64,000 nt of DNA from an uncultured Acidobacteriota bacterium. GTDB taxonomy: Bacteria > Acidobacteriota > Blastocatellia > Pyrinomonadales > Pyrinomonadaceae. Positions 9,310-21,357 of this stretch are shown here, piece after piece. The stretch covers positions 24,911-88,910 of the forward strand of contig CAVYWT010000003.1 of NCBI GenBank assembly GCA_963772405.1, read 5' to 3'. Made by a program: the position numbers and the translations under genes. The number at the start of each line of letters is the position of its first letter. Positions within the stretch are counted from its first letter, which is position 1. Under the pieces are notes generated by a model. It had not been told where the DNA came from. It did no database searches and saw only the letters and a program-made list of their open reading frames with translations.

Positions 9310-10486
9310 CTAGTCCAGTCCCATCGCCTTTCGAGGGTTCTCCGGATTCAATTTTTCAAACTGTCGCAGCACGTCTTTTGTCTCTTCCGAGGTGACCTTT
9401 GGCAGCATGATCTTCACTTCGATAAACTCGATCGCCGCGCAACTTTGGATTTCGCAGGCTTGGAAATCCACGTTCACGAAGACGGAACTTCTGTCCCGAT
9501 TCTGTGCCCGCCGGAATCTTCAGCTGAGCTTTTCCTTCTACGGTCGGGACCTCGATCTTGGTGCCGAGCGCCGCCTCAGGTACGGTGATCGGGACAGTGA
9601 TGTAAACGTTATCGCCACTTGCGTTCGAGAAACTTGTGCTTGCCGACATTCGTCAGAATGAACAAGTCGCCGGGCTCTGCGCCGAGGCGGCCGCCGTGGC
9701 CTTTCTTCGGAATTCGAACACGCGAACCCGTATCCACACCCGCCGGGATCCTGATCTTCACCTGCTCGGTCTTCGGCGTCGTGCCTTTGCCGTTACACAA
9801 CGAACACGGCAGTCGACGTCGACCGGTACCTTCGCAATCGGGACACGGCTGCGAAAACTGAAGCCGCCCACCGGTTCGCATTACCTGTCCCGTGCCCTTG
9901 CACGTCGTGCAGTGACGACAGGACCGCCCGTATCACCGGCACCCTGACAACGCGAGCACTGCTCGCTGCGATTGACAGTGATATTGGTCGTCAGGCCGGT
10001 GAACGCCTCTTCGAAACTGAGTGCAAGAGGGATTTCGATATCGCGGCCTTTTTTCGGCATAGGCCGCGGCGGTTCCGGTTCTCGCGCGCGTTCCGGCTCC
10101 TCCGCCGCTGCCACCGAACAGATCCGAGAAAATATCGCGGAAACTCGAACTCCCACCCGAGGCCTGTCCGCTTGAGAAATCGAAGCCCGAAAAATCGAAA
10201 CCCGCCGCTCCACCACCTGCCGAAGCTCCGGCACCGGCACCGTACGGCGAATCGGGATCGAGATTGTCGTTGTAATATCCAAATCGGTCGAAAACCTTAC
10301 GCTTCTTTTCGTCCGACAGAACGTCGTAGGCTTCCTGTACCTCTTTGAATTTTTCTTCAGACACCTTGTCGTTCGGATTTACGTCGGGATGAAACTTGCG
10401 CGCAAGCCGGCGATACGATTTTTTGATCTCGTCCGCTTTTGCGTCTTTCTTGACGCCGAGTATTTGTAGTAATCCTTCTTTGCCAT
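9310..10486 (-). pseudogene. dnaJ: Molecular chaperone DnaJ, interrupted by about 5 frameshifts
   Basis: The protein can be followed through shifting frames. J domain: [38 protein letters not shown] region. Zinc-finger CxxCxGxG repeats: [25 protein letters not shown]-terminal domain ending PRKAMGLD. Frame changes are near 10463, 10090, 9895, 9625 and 9440. Confidence 0.85.
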
Positions 10487-10510
10487 TTCGAGATTAGTGA
10501 CGAGTGTAAA

Positions 10511-10565
10511 GTGACGAGGGACGAGAGGCAAACTTATTCCTGGCTTGTCCCTCGTCCCTCGTCAC
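10511..10565. repeat. Perfect 15-bp hairpin built from GACGAGG-type units, between dnaK and dnaJ
   Basis: gtgacgagggacgag / ctcgtccctcgtcac with a 25-nt loop. On the transcribed (minus) strand it is followed by UUUACAC. Confidence 0.8.
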
Positions 10566-10576
10566 TTTTCCCTTGA

Positions 10577-12537
<1,961 letters not shown>

Positions 12538-12590
12538 TTATGTAATATACCCAGCTCTTACGTATAAAAATATGACTTGAGCCAGGCGAA

Positions 12591-12619
12591 AGTATAATAG
12601 TTGAGTGTCCTGTTGTCAA
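12591..12619 (-). promoter_or_regulatory. Sigma-70-like promoter upstream of dnaK
   Basis: On the minus strand the sequence reads TTGACA - 17 nt - TATACT, with the -10 about 65 nt upstream of the dnaK ATG. Confidence 0.5.
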
Positions 12620-12722
12620 ATTCTATTGAGGCCGGGGCCGCTCCGGGCCCAATCTAGTATTTTCTTGACGTTTCCTCACAATTACTTAAGAATAATTAAA
12701 CAACGCGCCGGGACTTTAATAC

Positions 12723-15700
12723 GTGAAACGCAAGCAAAAAGGGTCAGAAAGCCAGAAACCGCATTTGTCTTCAAACAATCCGCCAGCGGCTCTCACATCG
12801 GGTGGCGAGGTGGAGATTGTGGGCCGCATGGCGACGGTTCCATCGATACTAAAGGCCGTCGCTGACCTGACGCAGATGCGATTCGTGACCATAGCCAGGG
12901 TCACCGACCATCGTTGGATCGCATGTGCCGTACGCGACAAGATGCAGTTCGGCCTGCCTCCCGGCGGCGAGCTTGAAGTCTCTACAACGCTATGCAGCGA
13001 GGTTCGCGATCACCTGAGCCCGATCGTGATCGAGAACGCAAGCGATGACCCCCTTTACTGCGGGCATCCGACACCGAAAAAATACGGGATAGAAAGTTAC
13101 ATAGCGGTTCCGATCGTTCTGAAGAGCGGCGAATTCTTTGGAACCCTTTGTGCCATTGATTCCAGACCCTCAAGTTTATCGAACCCCGCGATCCTCGAGT
13201 CGATGCGCCTTTTTGCGGAGCTTGTTTCAAATGAGCTCAGTAGCGAAGGGGCGTTCGACGCCCTCATCGAAAGTGAGTCCAAGCGGCGCGAATCCGAGAG
13301 CAGGATCCGGGCGGTCACCGATGCGATGCCGGGACTCATTTCGTACGTCGATAAAGAGTATCGGTATCAGTTCGTCAATCGAGCCTACAGCGATTGGGTA
13401 GGTCAGGAGCCCGAAGAAATTATTGGGAAAACGATGTCGGAAGTGGTCGGTGAGAACACATTCGAGAATCTCAAGCCGCACGTCGACGAGTCGTTTACAG
13501 GGAAGCCCGAGGTGTTCGAAACCGAGATCGCTAACCGCTCGGGGGGCACACGCTCTGTTCGCGCAAGTTATACGCCGGATGTTTTAGACGGTGAAGTCCG
13601 CGGGATCTACATGCTGGTCGTCGACATTTCGGAAGAGAAGCTTGCCGAGGACGCGATACGACGAAGCGAAGAGCGATACAAGGCTTTTATCCAGCACAGT
13701 ACTGAGGGTATTTGGCGATTTGAGCTTGAACGCCCGATCCCCATCGACCTTTCGACCGAGGATCAGGTACAGCTTACGTACATGTATGGTTATCTGGCCG
13801 AATGCAACGACGCGATGGCGAACCAATACGGCTTTTCATCTGCGGCTGAGATCATCGGCTCGCGGCTCTCCGACCTTCTCGTCGCGGATGATCCAAAAAA
13901 TGTCGAATTTCTTAGGGCCTTCATTGAGTCGGATTACCATCTGTCCGAAGCAGAATCCCATGAGAAAGATGCCGACGGACGCGATAGATACTTTCTAAAT
14001 AATTTTGTCGGAATCGTTGAGAATGGTTTCCTGGTTCGGGCGTGGGGAACCCAGCGCGATGTTACCGAGACAAAGCTCGCGGGAGATGCGACCGCACGAC
14101 TCGCCGCAATCGTAGTTTCATCCGAAGACGCCATCATCAGCAAAGATCTTCTGGGCAACATAACAAGCTGGAACGTCGGGGCGGCAAAGATGTTCGGCTA
14201 TAGGTCCGAAGAGATCGTCGGCAAACCTATCACTCTACTCCTGCCCCCGGATCGTCTGGATGAATCGGCTGAAATACTTCGAAAGATCAGACGCGAAGAA
14301 AATCTGGAGAACTTTGAAACAGTTCGGCGGCGGCGAGACGGTTCAGACATCCGCGTATCGCTGACGGTGTCCCCGATCCGGAACGCCGATGGCAATGTGA
14401 TCGGAGCGTCGAAGATCATCCGCGACATCACCGACCGGAAACGTATCGAGGAAGCGATCCATCATAGTCAGGCTGTGCTCACCCTTGCGATGCAGAGCAG
14501 CCGGATGGGCGTTTGGGAGCTGGATCTCGCGACAAATACGGTTTCGTGGAGTGAGGAACTCGAAGAGATCTTCGGACTCGAAAAGGGCGGCTTTGGCGGC
14601 ACCGAAGAGCATTTCTTCGAGCTTATGCACGAGGATGATCGCGATGCGGCATGGGACGAGGTGCGCGGAGCGATCGCAGAGCACCGGGAATACACGATCG
14701 AGTTCCGGTTTCACCATGCGGACGGAAGCATCCGCTGGATGGAAGGTCGTGGTGAGGCTGTCTACTCGCAGAAGGGCACGCCGATTCGGCTGTATGGCGT
14801 CGGGATCGACATCACCGAACGAAAACAGGCGGAGAAGGCCCTGCGTGACAGCGAACGGCGTTTCTCCGGTTTCATGCAGCATCTCCCAGGGCTCGCCTGG
14901 ATCAAAGATCTCGAAGGCCGGTATGTCTACGCAAACGAGTCGGCAGAAAAAGCCTTCGGTGTATGGCGATCGGAACTGTATGGCCGAACGGATGAGGATG
15001 TCTTTCCCGAGGAAACGGCGGAACAATTTCGTGCCCACGATATGCGTGCGCTTCAAAGCGCCTCGGGTATTCAGATAGCCGAAACGCTGCTCGAAGATGA
15101 CGGAGAAGTGCATCATTCGATAGTCAGCAAGTTCCCGATAGCGGGTGCGGACGGTCGTCCGGCGCTGATCGGCGGAATGGCGATCGATGTCACCGAGCAG
15201 AAGCAAGCCGAAGAAGCCCTGAGAACATCTGAAGAGAGCTACCGGGCTCTGTTCGAATCGATCGACGAGGGGTTTTGCATTGCTGAGGTTCTCTTCAACG
15301 CGGATGACAAGCCGATAGATTACCGATTCGAGCAGGCGAATCCGGCTTTCTATACCCTGACCGGTTTTCCGCCGGATGCAGTGGGACGGACGGCGCGCGA
15401 ATTGGTCCCGGATCTGGAGCAGCACTGGATCGACGCGCTCGCGGAGGTTGCTCGAAGCGGTAAGCCCGCCCGTTTTGAGAACGCAGCTCGTGGGATGAGC
15501 CGGTGGTTCGATATTTTTATTTCGCGGATCGGGGAACCCACGGCAAATCGAGTTGCGGTTGTTTTCACCAACATTACCGATCGAAAGCGGCGCGAAGCGA
15601 ACCTGGCCTTTCTGTCCAACTGGCAGGCCTCGATCTCCGGTCTGCTTTCGGTTGATGAGATCCTCGAAACGTCAGGACGACTTGTGGCGGAGTACCTAGA

Positions 15701-18700
15701 GCTAACACGCTGTGCGCTCGTCGAGATCGACGAGGCTACGGATATAGCCTTTATACTTTACGATCACGCCGCACCCGACGCACCGAGTCTTTCCGGTGAT
15801 TATGTCCTCAGCGAATATCTTACCCGAGAGGAGATCGACCTTTTGCGTTCCGGGTCCCCGCTCGTTATCAACGATGTCGCGGATGAATCCCGACCTGACG
15901 CGACACCGAAACGCTTCCACGAGGTCGGCATAGGATCACTGCTGAACTCGCCATACCTGAGCAAAGGCGGCCTAAAATTTGTCGTATCCGCATCCAACAG
16001 CGCCCCGCGGGAATGGCGGCAGGACGAGGTCGAGATAGTGCAGGAGCTCGCGTCGCGGATCTACCCGAGGATCGAGCGTGGAAGAGCCGAAGAGGCCCTC
16101 CGGCAATCGGAAGAAAAATACCGTGCGCTGTTCGATTCGATGGACGAGGCGTACTGCATCATCGAGGTCATTTTCGATGAAGATCAAAAGCCCGTCGACT
16201 ACCGGTTTGTCGAGATTAACTCGGGGTTTGAGCGGCAGACCGGAATGGACGATCCGACCGGACGTCGGATGCTGGAATTTGTCCCCGATATCGAAAGCTA
16301 CTGGCTCGAGAATTATGGGCGGGTAGCACGCACCCGCGAGCCGATCCGCTTCGCAAATGAATTCAGATCACTCAACCGGTGGTTCGATGTTTATGCGTTT
16401 TGCCCGGAAGGAGCAAAAACGAATCGTGTGGCGGTTCTGTTGACGGATATTACGAGTCGCGTTCGGGCGGAAGATGGCCTCCGTGAGAGTTTGGAATTCA
16501 ATCAGGATGTTATCGATTCGATAACCGCGCACATCGCGGTACTTGACGAGACCGGCGAGATCACCGCAGTAAACAAGGCCTGGGGGCAATTCGGTATTGA
16601 GAACGGTGCCGAACGCACGATGCAGGGAATTGGCGTTGGCACAAACTACCTCGAGATCTGCAAAGCGGCGGAGGGAATGTACTCCGACCGGGCGGATGAT
16701 ATCTACACGGGGATCAAGGCGGTGCTCGCTCGAGAAGCCGATCATTTTTCGACCGAGTATCCGTGCCCGTCGCCTGACGCCGATCGCTGGTTCTCGATGA
16801 CCGTTTCGCCGCTCACGCGTACTGGCGGTGGAGCTGTCGTCTCGCATCATGACGTGACAGAGCGTCGTTTGGCGGAAGAGAAGATCCGGGAATCGGAAGC
16901 GCGTTTTCGGATGATGGCCGACAACGCTCCGGTCATGATCTGGGTCACGGATCCCACCGGATACTGCACATTCCGCAGCCAGTCTTGGTACGCATACACC
17001 GGCCAGACTCCGGAGACAGGTCTTGGGTTCGGATGGATCGACGCGGTGCACCCGGATGACCGGGCATTCGCCAAACGCGGGTTCCTGACGGCGAACGAGA
17101 AGTGTGAGCCGCTGACGGCGGAGTATCGGTTTGCCAACGCTGAGGGTGAGTATCATTGGGCGATCGATTCTGCACAGCCGCGGTTCGATGTGTCCGGAAA
17201 CTATCTTGGTTATATCGGGTCGGTCGTCGACATCCATGAGAGAAAGCTTGCCGAGGAGGCCATCGTTCGAGCCGAACGACAGGCGGCTGAGGAGTATCAG
17301 GCGCTTCTGGGGCGGATCGTTCCGCTCGCCGCGACGCTTGGTCGGGCTCGAGACCTGACATCCATTTATCGAGCAGTCAGGGAGTTTATTTGTGCGTCCA
17401 TGACATGCTCCGGATTCTTTGTCTCGTTCTTTGAATCCGAGACGAATCTGCGTCACGCCGGATATGTTTGGGGAGAAGGTAAGGAGGTCGACATCTCCGA
17501 GCTTCCGCCCATGCCGCTTGACCCCGAGACCGGTGGAGGGAACTCACGTGCTGTATTCGAAAAACGCACTGTCATTACCAACAACCTTTGGCAGGAGATG
17601 AAAAAACGTCCGCACGTTGTTATTGAAGAGAACGGAGTCGATCCGATGTCGTCGCTTATCGTGCCGATGATGATCAAAGACACAGTTCTTGGGACGCTCG
17701 AGGTCCAGGCGCATCATAACGAGGCTTTCAACGACGAACACGCGGTCGCTCTTGAGATGGCCGCGAATCTCGCCGCGGTCGCGATCGAAAATGTCAGGCT
17801 GATCGAAACCGAGGCTGCGGCACGTGAGGCGGCGGAATCAGCTAATCGTGCAAAAGACGAATTCTTGTCGGTGCTTTCCCACGAGCTGCGAACCCCTCTG
17901 AACGCGATGCTCGGTTGGGTGCGAATGCTAAAGGCCGGCGTACTGGACGCCGAGAATTCCGAACGAGCTCTCGAGGTTATCGAGCGAAACACGCGGCTTC
18001 AGAGCAGCCTGATCGAAGATCTGTTGGACGTGTCACGGATCATATCGGGCAAGATGCGCATCGAAACGGAGCTTGTCGACTTTATCTCGGTTGTAAAAAC
18101 GGCGTCGGAGACCATCCGGCCTCTTGTGGATGCAAAAGATGTGAACTACAGCTTTGTGCATGACGAGGAGTCAGTATTTCTGACGGCGGACGCCGTGCGT
18201 CTGCAGCAAGTCGTATCCAATCTTCTGCAGAATGCGATCAAATTTACACCGGCTGGCGGCCGCATAGATATCTCAATCGAGCGAAGCGAGAGAACCGCGG
18301 TACTACGTGTCAAGGATACCGGGGTCGGTATCGAGCGAGATCTGTTGCCGTATATTTTCGACCGCTTTCGCCAGGCGGATGCTTCCGCACGTCGAAACTT
18401 TACGGGACTGGGACTCGGGTTAACTATCGTGCGCAACATTGTCGAGCTGCACGGCGGAGCGATCGATGTCGACAGCGAGGGGACGAACCGGGGAGCGACA
18501 TTTACTTTGACGCTTCCGCTAGCATCGGATTTCTACAGGAACTTGAATCTGGCGGACAAGAATCAAAAGTCCCGGGACGGGGCGCTGGCCGGCAAGCGGA
18601 TCTTGCTGGTAGATGACGACAACGAGAATTTGACACCGCTTAAGATCTTTCTCGAAAACGAGATGGCGGACGTCACGCCCGCGACAAGTGCGCTCGAAGC

Positions 18701-18968
18701 TCTTGCACATTTGGCGGAGAGCGAGTTTCATTTGATGATCGCGGACATCGGGATGCCCGAGATCGACGGTTATGAGCTCGTCTCGCGGCTTCGCTCCGAC
18801 GCCGGTGCAAAAAACTCGACTCTCAAAGCGATAGCCTTAACGGCCTATGCATCTGTCGATGACCGCCAGCGCGTTCTCGCGTCCGGATTCCAGGCACATG
18901 TTGCAAAACCCGTTAACTTTGACGAGCTACTCGCAACGATCCAGAAAATGTCGCAAAACGGCGGGTAG
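12723..18968 (+). CDS. Multi-sensor hybrid histidine kinase (GAF, about 9-10 PAS/PAC, GAF, HisKA, HATPase_c, receiver)
   Basis: An uninterrupted 2081-aa ORF. It has an H-box FLSVLSHELRTPLNAM, a G-box GLGLGLTIVRNIVELHGG, a C-terminal receiver (ILLVDDD..DIGMPEIDGYEL..KAIALTAYA), and many PAS-like modules that end in DITERK/DITDRK. An alternative ATG start lies at 12828. Confidence 0.9.
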   Translation: MKRKQKGSESQKPHLSSNNPPAALTSGGEVEIVGRMATVPSILKAVADLTQMRFVTIARVTDHRWIACAVRDKMQFGLPPGGELEVSTTLCSEVRDHLSPIVIENASDDPLYCGHPTPKKYGIESYIAVPIVLKSGEFFGTLCAIDSRPSSLSNPAILESMRLFAELVSNELSSEGAFDALIESESKRRESESRIRAVTDAMPGLISYVDKEYRYQFVNRAYSDWVGQEPEEIIGKTMSEVVGENTFENLKPHVDESFTGKPEVFETEIANRSGGTRSVRASYTPDVLDGEVRGIYMLVVDISEEKLAEDAIRRSEERYKAFIQHSTEGIWRFELERPIPIDLSTEDQVQLTYMYGYLAECNDAMANQYGFSSAAEIIGSRLSDLLVADDPKNVEFLRAFIESDYHLSEAESHEKDADGRDRYFLNNFVGIVENGFLVRAWGTQRDVTETKLAGDATARLAAIVVSSEDAIISKDLLGNITSWNVGAAKMFGYRSEEIVGKPITLLLPPDRLDESAEILRKIRREENLENFETVRRRRDGSDIRVSLTVSPIRNADGNVIGASKIIRDITDRKRIEEAIHHSQAVLTLAMQSSRMGVWELDLATNTVSWSEELEEIFGLEKGGFGGTEEHFFELMHEDDRDAAWDEVRGAIAEHREYTIEFRFHHADGSIRWMEGRGEAVYSQKGTPIRLYGVGIDITERKQAEKALRDSERRFSGFMQHLPGLAWIKDLEGRYVYANESAEKAFGVWRSELYGRTDEDVFPEETAEQFRAHDMRALQSASGIQIAETLLEDDGEVHHSIVSKFPIAGADGRPALIGGMAIDVTEQKQAEEALRTSEESYRALFESIDEGFCIAEVLFNADDKPIDYRFEQANPAFYTLTGFPPDAVGRTARELVPDLEQHWIDALAEVARSGKPARFENAARGMSRWFDIFISRIGEPTANRVAVVFTNITDRKRREANLAFLSNWQASISGLLSVDEILETSGRLVAEYLELTRCALVEIDEATDIAFILYDHAAPDAPSLSGDYVLSEYLTREEIDLLRSGSPLVINDVADESRPDATPKRFHEVGIGSLLNSPYLSKGGLKFVVSASNSAPREWRQDEVEIVQELASRIYPRIERGRAEEALRQSEEKYRALFDSMDEAYCIIEVIFDEDQKPVDYRFVEINSGFERQTGMDDPTGRRMLEFVPDIESYWLENYGRVARTREPIRFANEFRSLNRWFDVYAFCPEGAKTNRVAVLLTDITSRVRAEDGLRESLEFNQDVIDSITAHIAVLDETGEITAVNKAWGQFGIENGAERTMQGIGVGTNYLEICKAAEGMYSDRADDIYTGIKAVLAREADHFSTEYPCPSPDADRWFSMTVSPLTRTGGGAVVSHHDVTERRLAEEKIRESEARFRMMADNAPVMIWVTDPTGYCTFRSQSWYAYTGQTPETGLGFGWIDAVHPDDRAFAKRGFLTANEKCEPLTAEYRFANAEGEYHWAIDSAQPRFDVSGNYLGYIGSVVDIHERKLAEEAIVRAERQAAEEYQALLGRIVPLAATLGRARDLTSIYRAVREFICASMTCSGFFVSFFESETNLRHAGYVWGEGKEVDISELPPMPLDPETGGGNSRAVFEKRTVITNNLWQEMKKRPHVVIEENGVDPMSSLIVPMMIKDTVLGTLEVQAHHNEAFNDEHAVALEMAANLAAVAIENVRLIETEAAAREAAESANRAKDEFLSVLSHELRTPLNAMLGWVRMLKAGVLDAENSERALEVIERNTRLQSSLIEDLLDVSRIISGKMRIETELVDFISVVKTASETIRPLVDAKDVNYSFVHDEESVFLTADAVRLQQVVSNLLQNAIKFTPAGGRIDISIERSERTAVLRVKDTGVGIERDLLPYIFDRFRQADASARRNFTGLGLGLTIVRNIVELHGGAIDVDSEGTNRGATFTLTLPLASDFYRNLNLADKNQKSRDGALAGKRILLVDDDNENLTPLKIFLENEMADVTPATSALEALAHLAESEFHLMIADIGMPEIDGYELVSRLRSDAGAKNSTLKAIALTAYASVDDRQRVLASGFQAHVAKPVNFDELLATIQKMSQNGG

Positions 18969-19004
18969 CACTTGGCGAAAAGCGTGGCCGAAGGGGAGGT
19001 ACTG

Positions 19005-20710
19005 TTATTTCCCCGCAGGCCGGCGTCTGGTCGGTGTGGCGGGAACCGCCGCAAGCCGTTTCAGCTCAGCCACAGCAAGCACATACTCCGTAAACGTCTT
19101 CTCACCCTTTTCCTTTGACCATTTGAAATGCATGAGGGCGTTCGCCCGTTGGCCGGCGAGCAGCTGCATCTCGCCGATGTACGTGTGAGCCTCGGTAAGC
19201 TTCCCGTTGGTATCGGCGAGTCCGAGAAGCTGGGCAGACGTAAGCTCCCCGTTAAAGTAGCTGAGAATCTTTGTCGTCCAATCGTCGGGTTTGACCTGGC
19301 TGAGCCAAGTTTCCAGAAAGGCCTTTGCCCCCGTAACTTTGTTCGCCTTTCGCAGACCGAGATACCCGATGATGATCGCGTACGGCGCGTTGTCACCTCC
19401 CGAGTTCTTAAGCCCGTTAAGTTCCAGATAAGTGTTCGCCTGCTCGTATGCCAAATCGCCTTTGTTCCAATAGAGATACGCCCAGGCCTTGGACTTATAG
19501 ATGGCGTTGAAGGTTGGAGCGAGTTCGAGGGTCTTGTCGTAGTCGATCATACCTTTCTCGTATTGACCGCTCTCTACGTACGCGATAGCCCGGTAGTAGT
19601 AGGCGTTCGAACTTTCGGGTCTCAGCTCGATCGTTTTTGTAAGATCGGCGATCGCCTCGTCGTATCGTTCAAGGTTCGAGAGCGAGCGGCCGCGGAATTC
19701 ATACGCCTTCGGATCCGTCGGATCCATCGTGATGGCCTTATCGAAATCCTTCACACTAGCCGCCCAATCTTCCAGAACAAAATTCGCGAGACCGCGGTTA
19801 TAAAACGCGATTCTCCATTCCGGCTCCAGTTCGAGGGCCTTCGAATAGTCTTTTACGGCTACGGCGGCCGCGTTCGGTAAAGAATAGTTCGAACGGCCGC
19901 GTTCGAAGTAATACGAGGCTTCCCTCGGGTTGAGCTGGATTGCCTTGTCGAAATCGGCAACGGCTGCCGCGTAATTTTTCAACCTATAGCTCGCCAGGCC
20001 GTGGTTGTAGTGATAACTAGCCTCAGACGGCTCGAGTGATCTCGACGCGAAAAATCGGCAGCGGCCTTTTCGTTCTGCGAGGCAGCGAGGTAACACCGTC
20101 CACGGCCGTTAAAGAAAGTTGCGGACGACGGATCCAGATTGATCGCCTTTGTAAATTCTGAGATAGCGTCCGGACATTTGTCGGTCTCCAAAAAAAGTTG
20201 GCCCAGGTTATAACGGGCGAGTGCAAGTTTAGGGTCAAGCTCAATAGCTTTCTTGAGATCCGCAAGTGCGGCCTCGTTATTTTTCTTATAAGCCGAATAC
20301 ATGTACCCACGATTGTTGTAGGCTATCGCGGCTTTCGGGTCGAGCTGGATCGCCCGATTAAAATCGTTGAAGGCCTTTTCGCTATCGCCTGCGAGGAAAT
20401 AAGAACGGCCGCGATTAACGTAGGTGAGGGCACTGTTCGGATCGAGCTGGAGAGCTTTCTCGAAGTCACGAAAGGCACTTGGCTGATCCCCTTTGTAACC
20501 GTAGGCCATTCCACGGTTCGAGTATCCGACCGGGTCGCTCGGACTCATCTGAATGACACGTGTGAATTCGGCGAGGGCGAGGTCATAGTCCTTTTTCTCC
20601 ACGGCGGCGAGGCCGCGCTTATTAATATCGTCGGCCGTTTGACCGACGACGGTGATACACAAGATGGAGAATAAACAGCATCCGACGATGGCGACGAGCG
20701 GTTTTTTCAT
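19005..20710 (-). pseudogene. Secreted TPR-repeat protein with one frameshift near 20040
   Basis: ORFs 19979..20710 (signal peptide plus TPRs) and 19005..20096 (TPRs plus a C-terminal domain) join as ..AAADFSR / SLEPSEASYHYNHGLA.. after a 1-nt frame change. Confidence 0.7.
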
Positions 20711-20749
20711 AGACGATCTCCTGTGGCCGAAAACGCGGTCACGATAGCA

Positions 20750-21352
20750 TCACTCGACGGTTTTTTCAATTTTAGTGACGCGGGTTCGATCAACTTCTAA
20801 AGATCGAGTAGATCGCGAAGGCGGCTCGTCGGCTTCTCTCATGAGACGAGCGACGTGGAAGACGTAATGAAACCCGGACGCAAAGGCAAGCAGAACAACG
20901 ATGAAGTAGGTTGTCGGGAGATAAAATCCGTAGCCGGTGACGGCGGCGAGCAGGATCATCCCGACGGCGATGACCTGGACTAGCGTGCTCAATTTTCCGA
21001 GCCACGACGGTTTGAATCCGCGAAATCCGGTCATGATGTTTATCGCTCCGGCGATGGTGATGATCAGTACATCGCGGCCGATGACCGCGGCCGTTACCCA
21101 GAATGGGACCGGCAGATGCCGGACCGCCGGCAGGATATTCGGCATCGTGAGGATTATGAACGCGGTTGTCATGAGGAGCTTGTCGGCGATCGGATCGATG
21201 ATCGTGCCAAGCTCGGATTCCTGGTTGAAGCGTCGAGCGAGAAATCCGTCGATGCCGTCTGATATACCGGCGGTTACGAATATGACAAGTGCCCATGTGC
21301 TGTAGCCGTAATAAAGCAGGCTCGCAAAGACTGGGATCAACGCCATTCGCAT
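20750..21352 (-). CDS. CDP-alcohol phosphatidyltransferase (PgsA-like)
   Basis: The motif DGIDGFLARRFNQESELGTIIDPIADK matches D-G-x2-A-R-x8-G-x3-D-x3-D, and the protein is multi-pass membrane. A typical N-terminus (TIPNLLTF) continues upstream of the ATG without a start codon. An ATG at 21392 sits in another frame, so an N-terminal indel is possible. Confidence 0.8.
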   Translation of the reverse strand: MRMALIPVFASLLYYGYSTWALVIFVTAGISDGIDGFLARRFNQESELGTIIDPIADKLLMTTAFIILTMPNILPAVRHLPVPFWVTAAVIGRDVLIITIAGAINIMTGFRGFKPSWLGKLSTLVQVIAVGMILLAAVTGYGFYLPTTYFIVVLLAFASGFHYVFHVARLMREADEPPSRSTRSLEVDRTRVTKIEKTVE

Positions 21353-21357
21353 GAAGG

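Noticed and set aside
14343-17456. Long minus-strand ORFs (14343..15425, 360 aa; 16368..17456, 362 aa) inside the histidine kinase gene
   Set aside because: They lie antisense to a well-supported 2081-aa CDS. Their composition is Arg/Pro/Ser-rich and low in complexity, with no recognisable motifs. These are typical shadow ORFs of a GC-rich gene.
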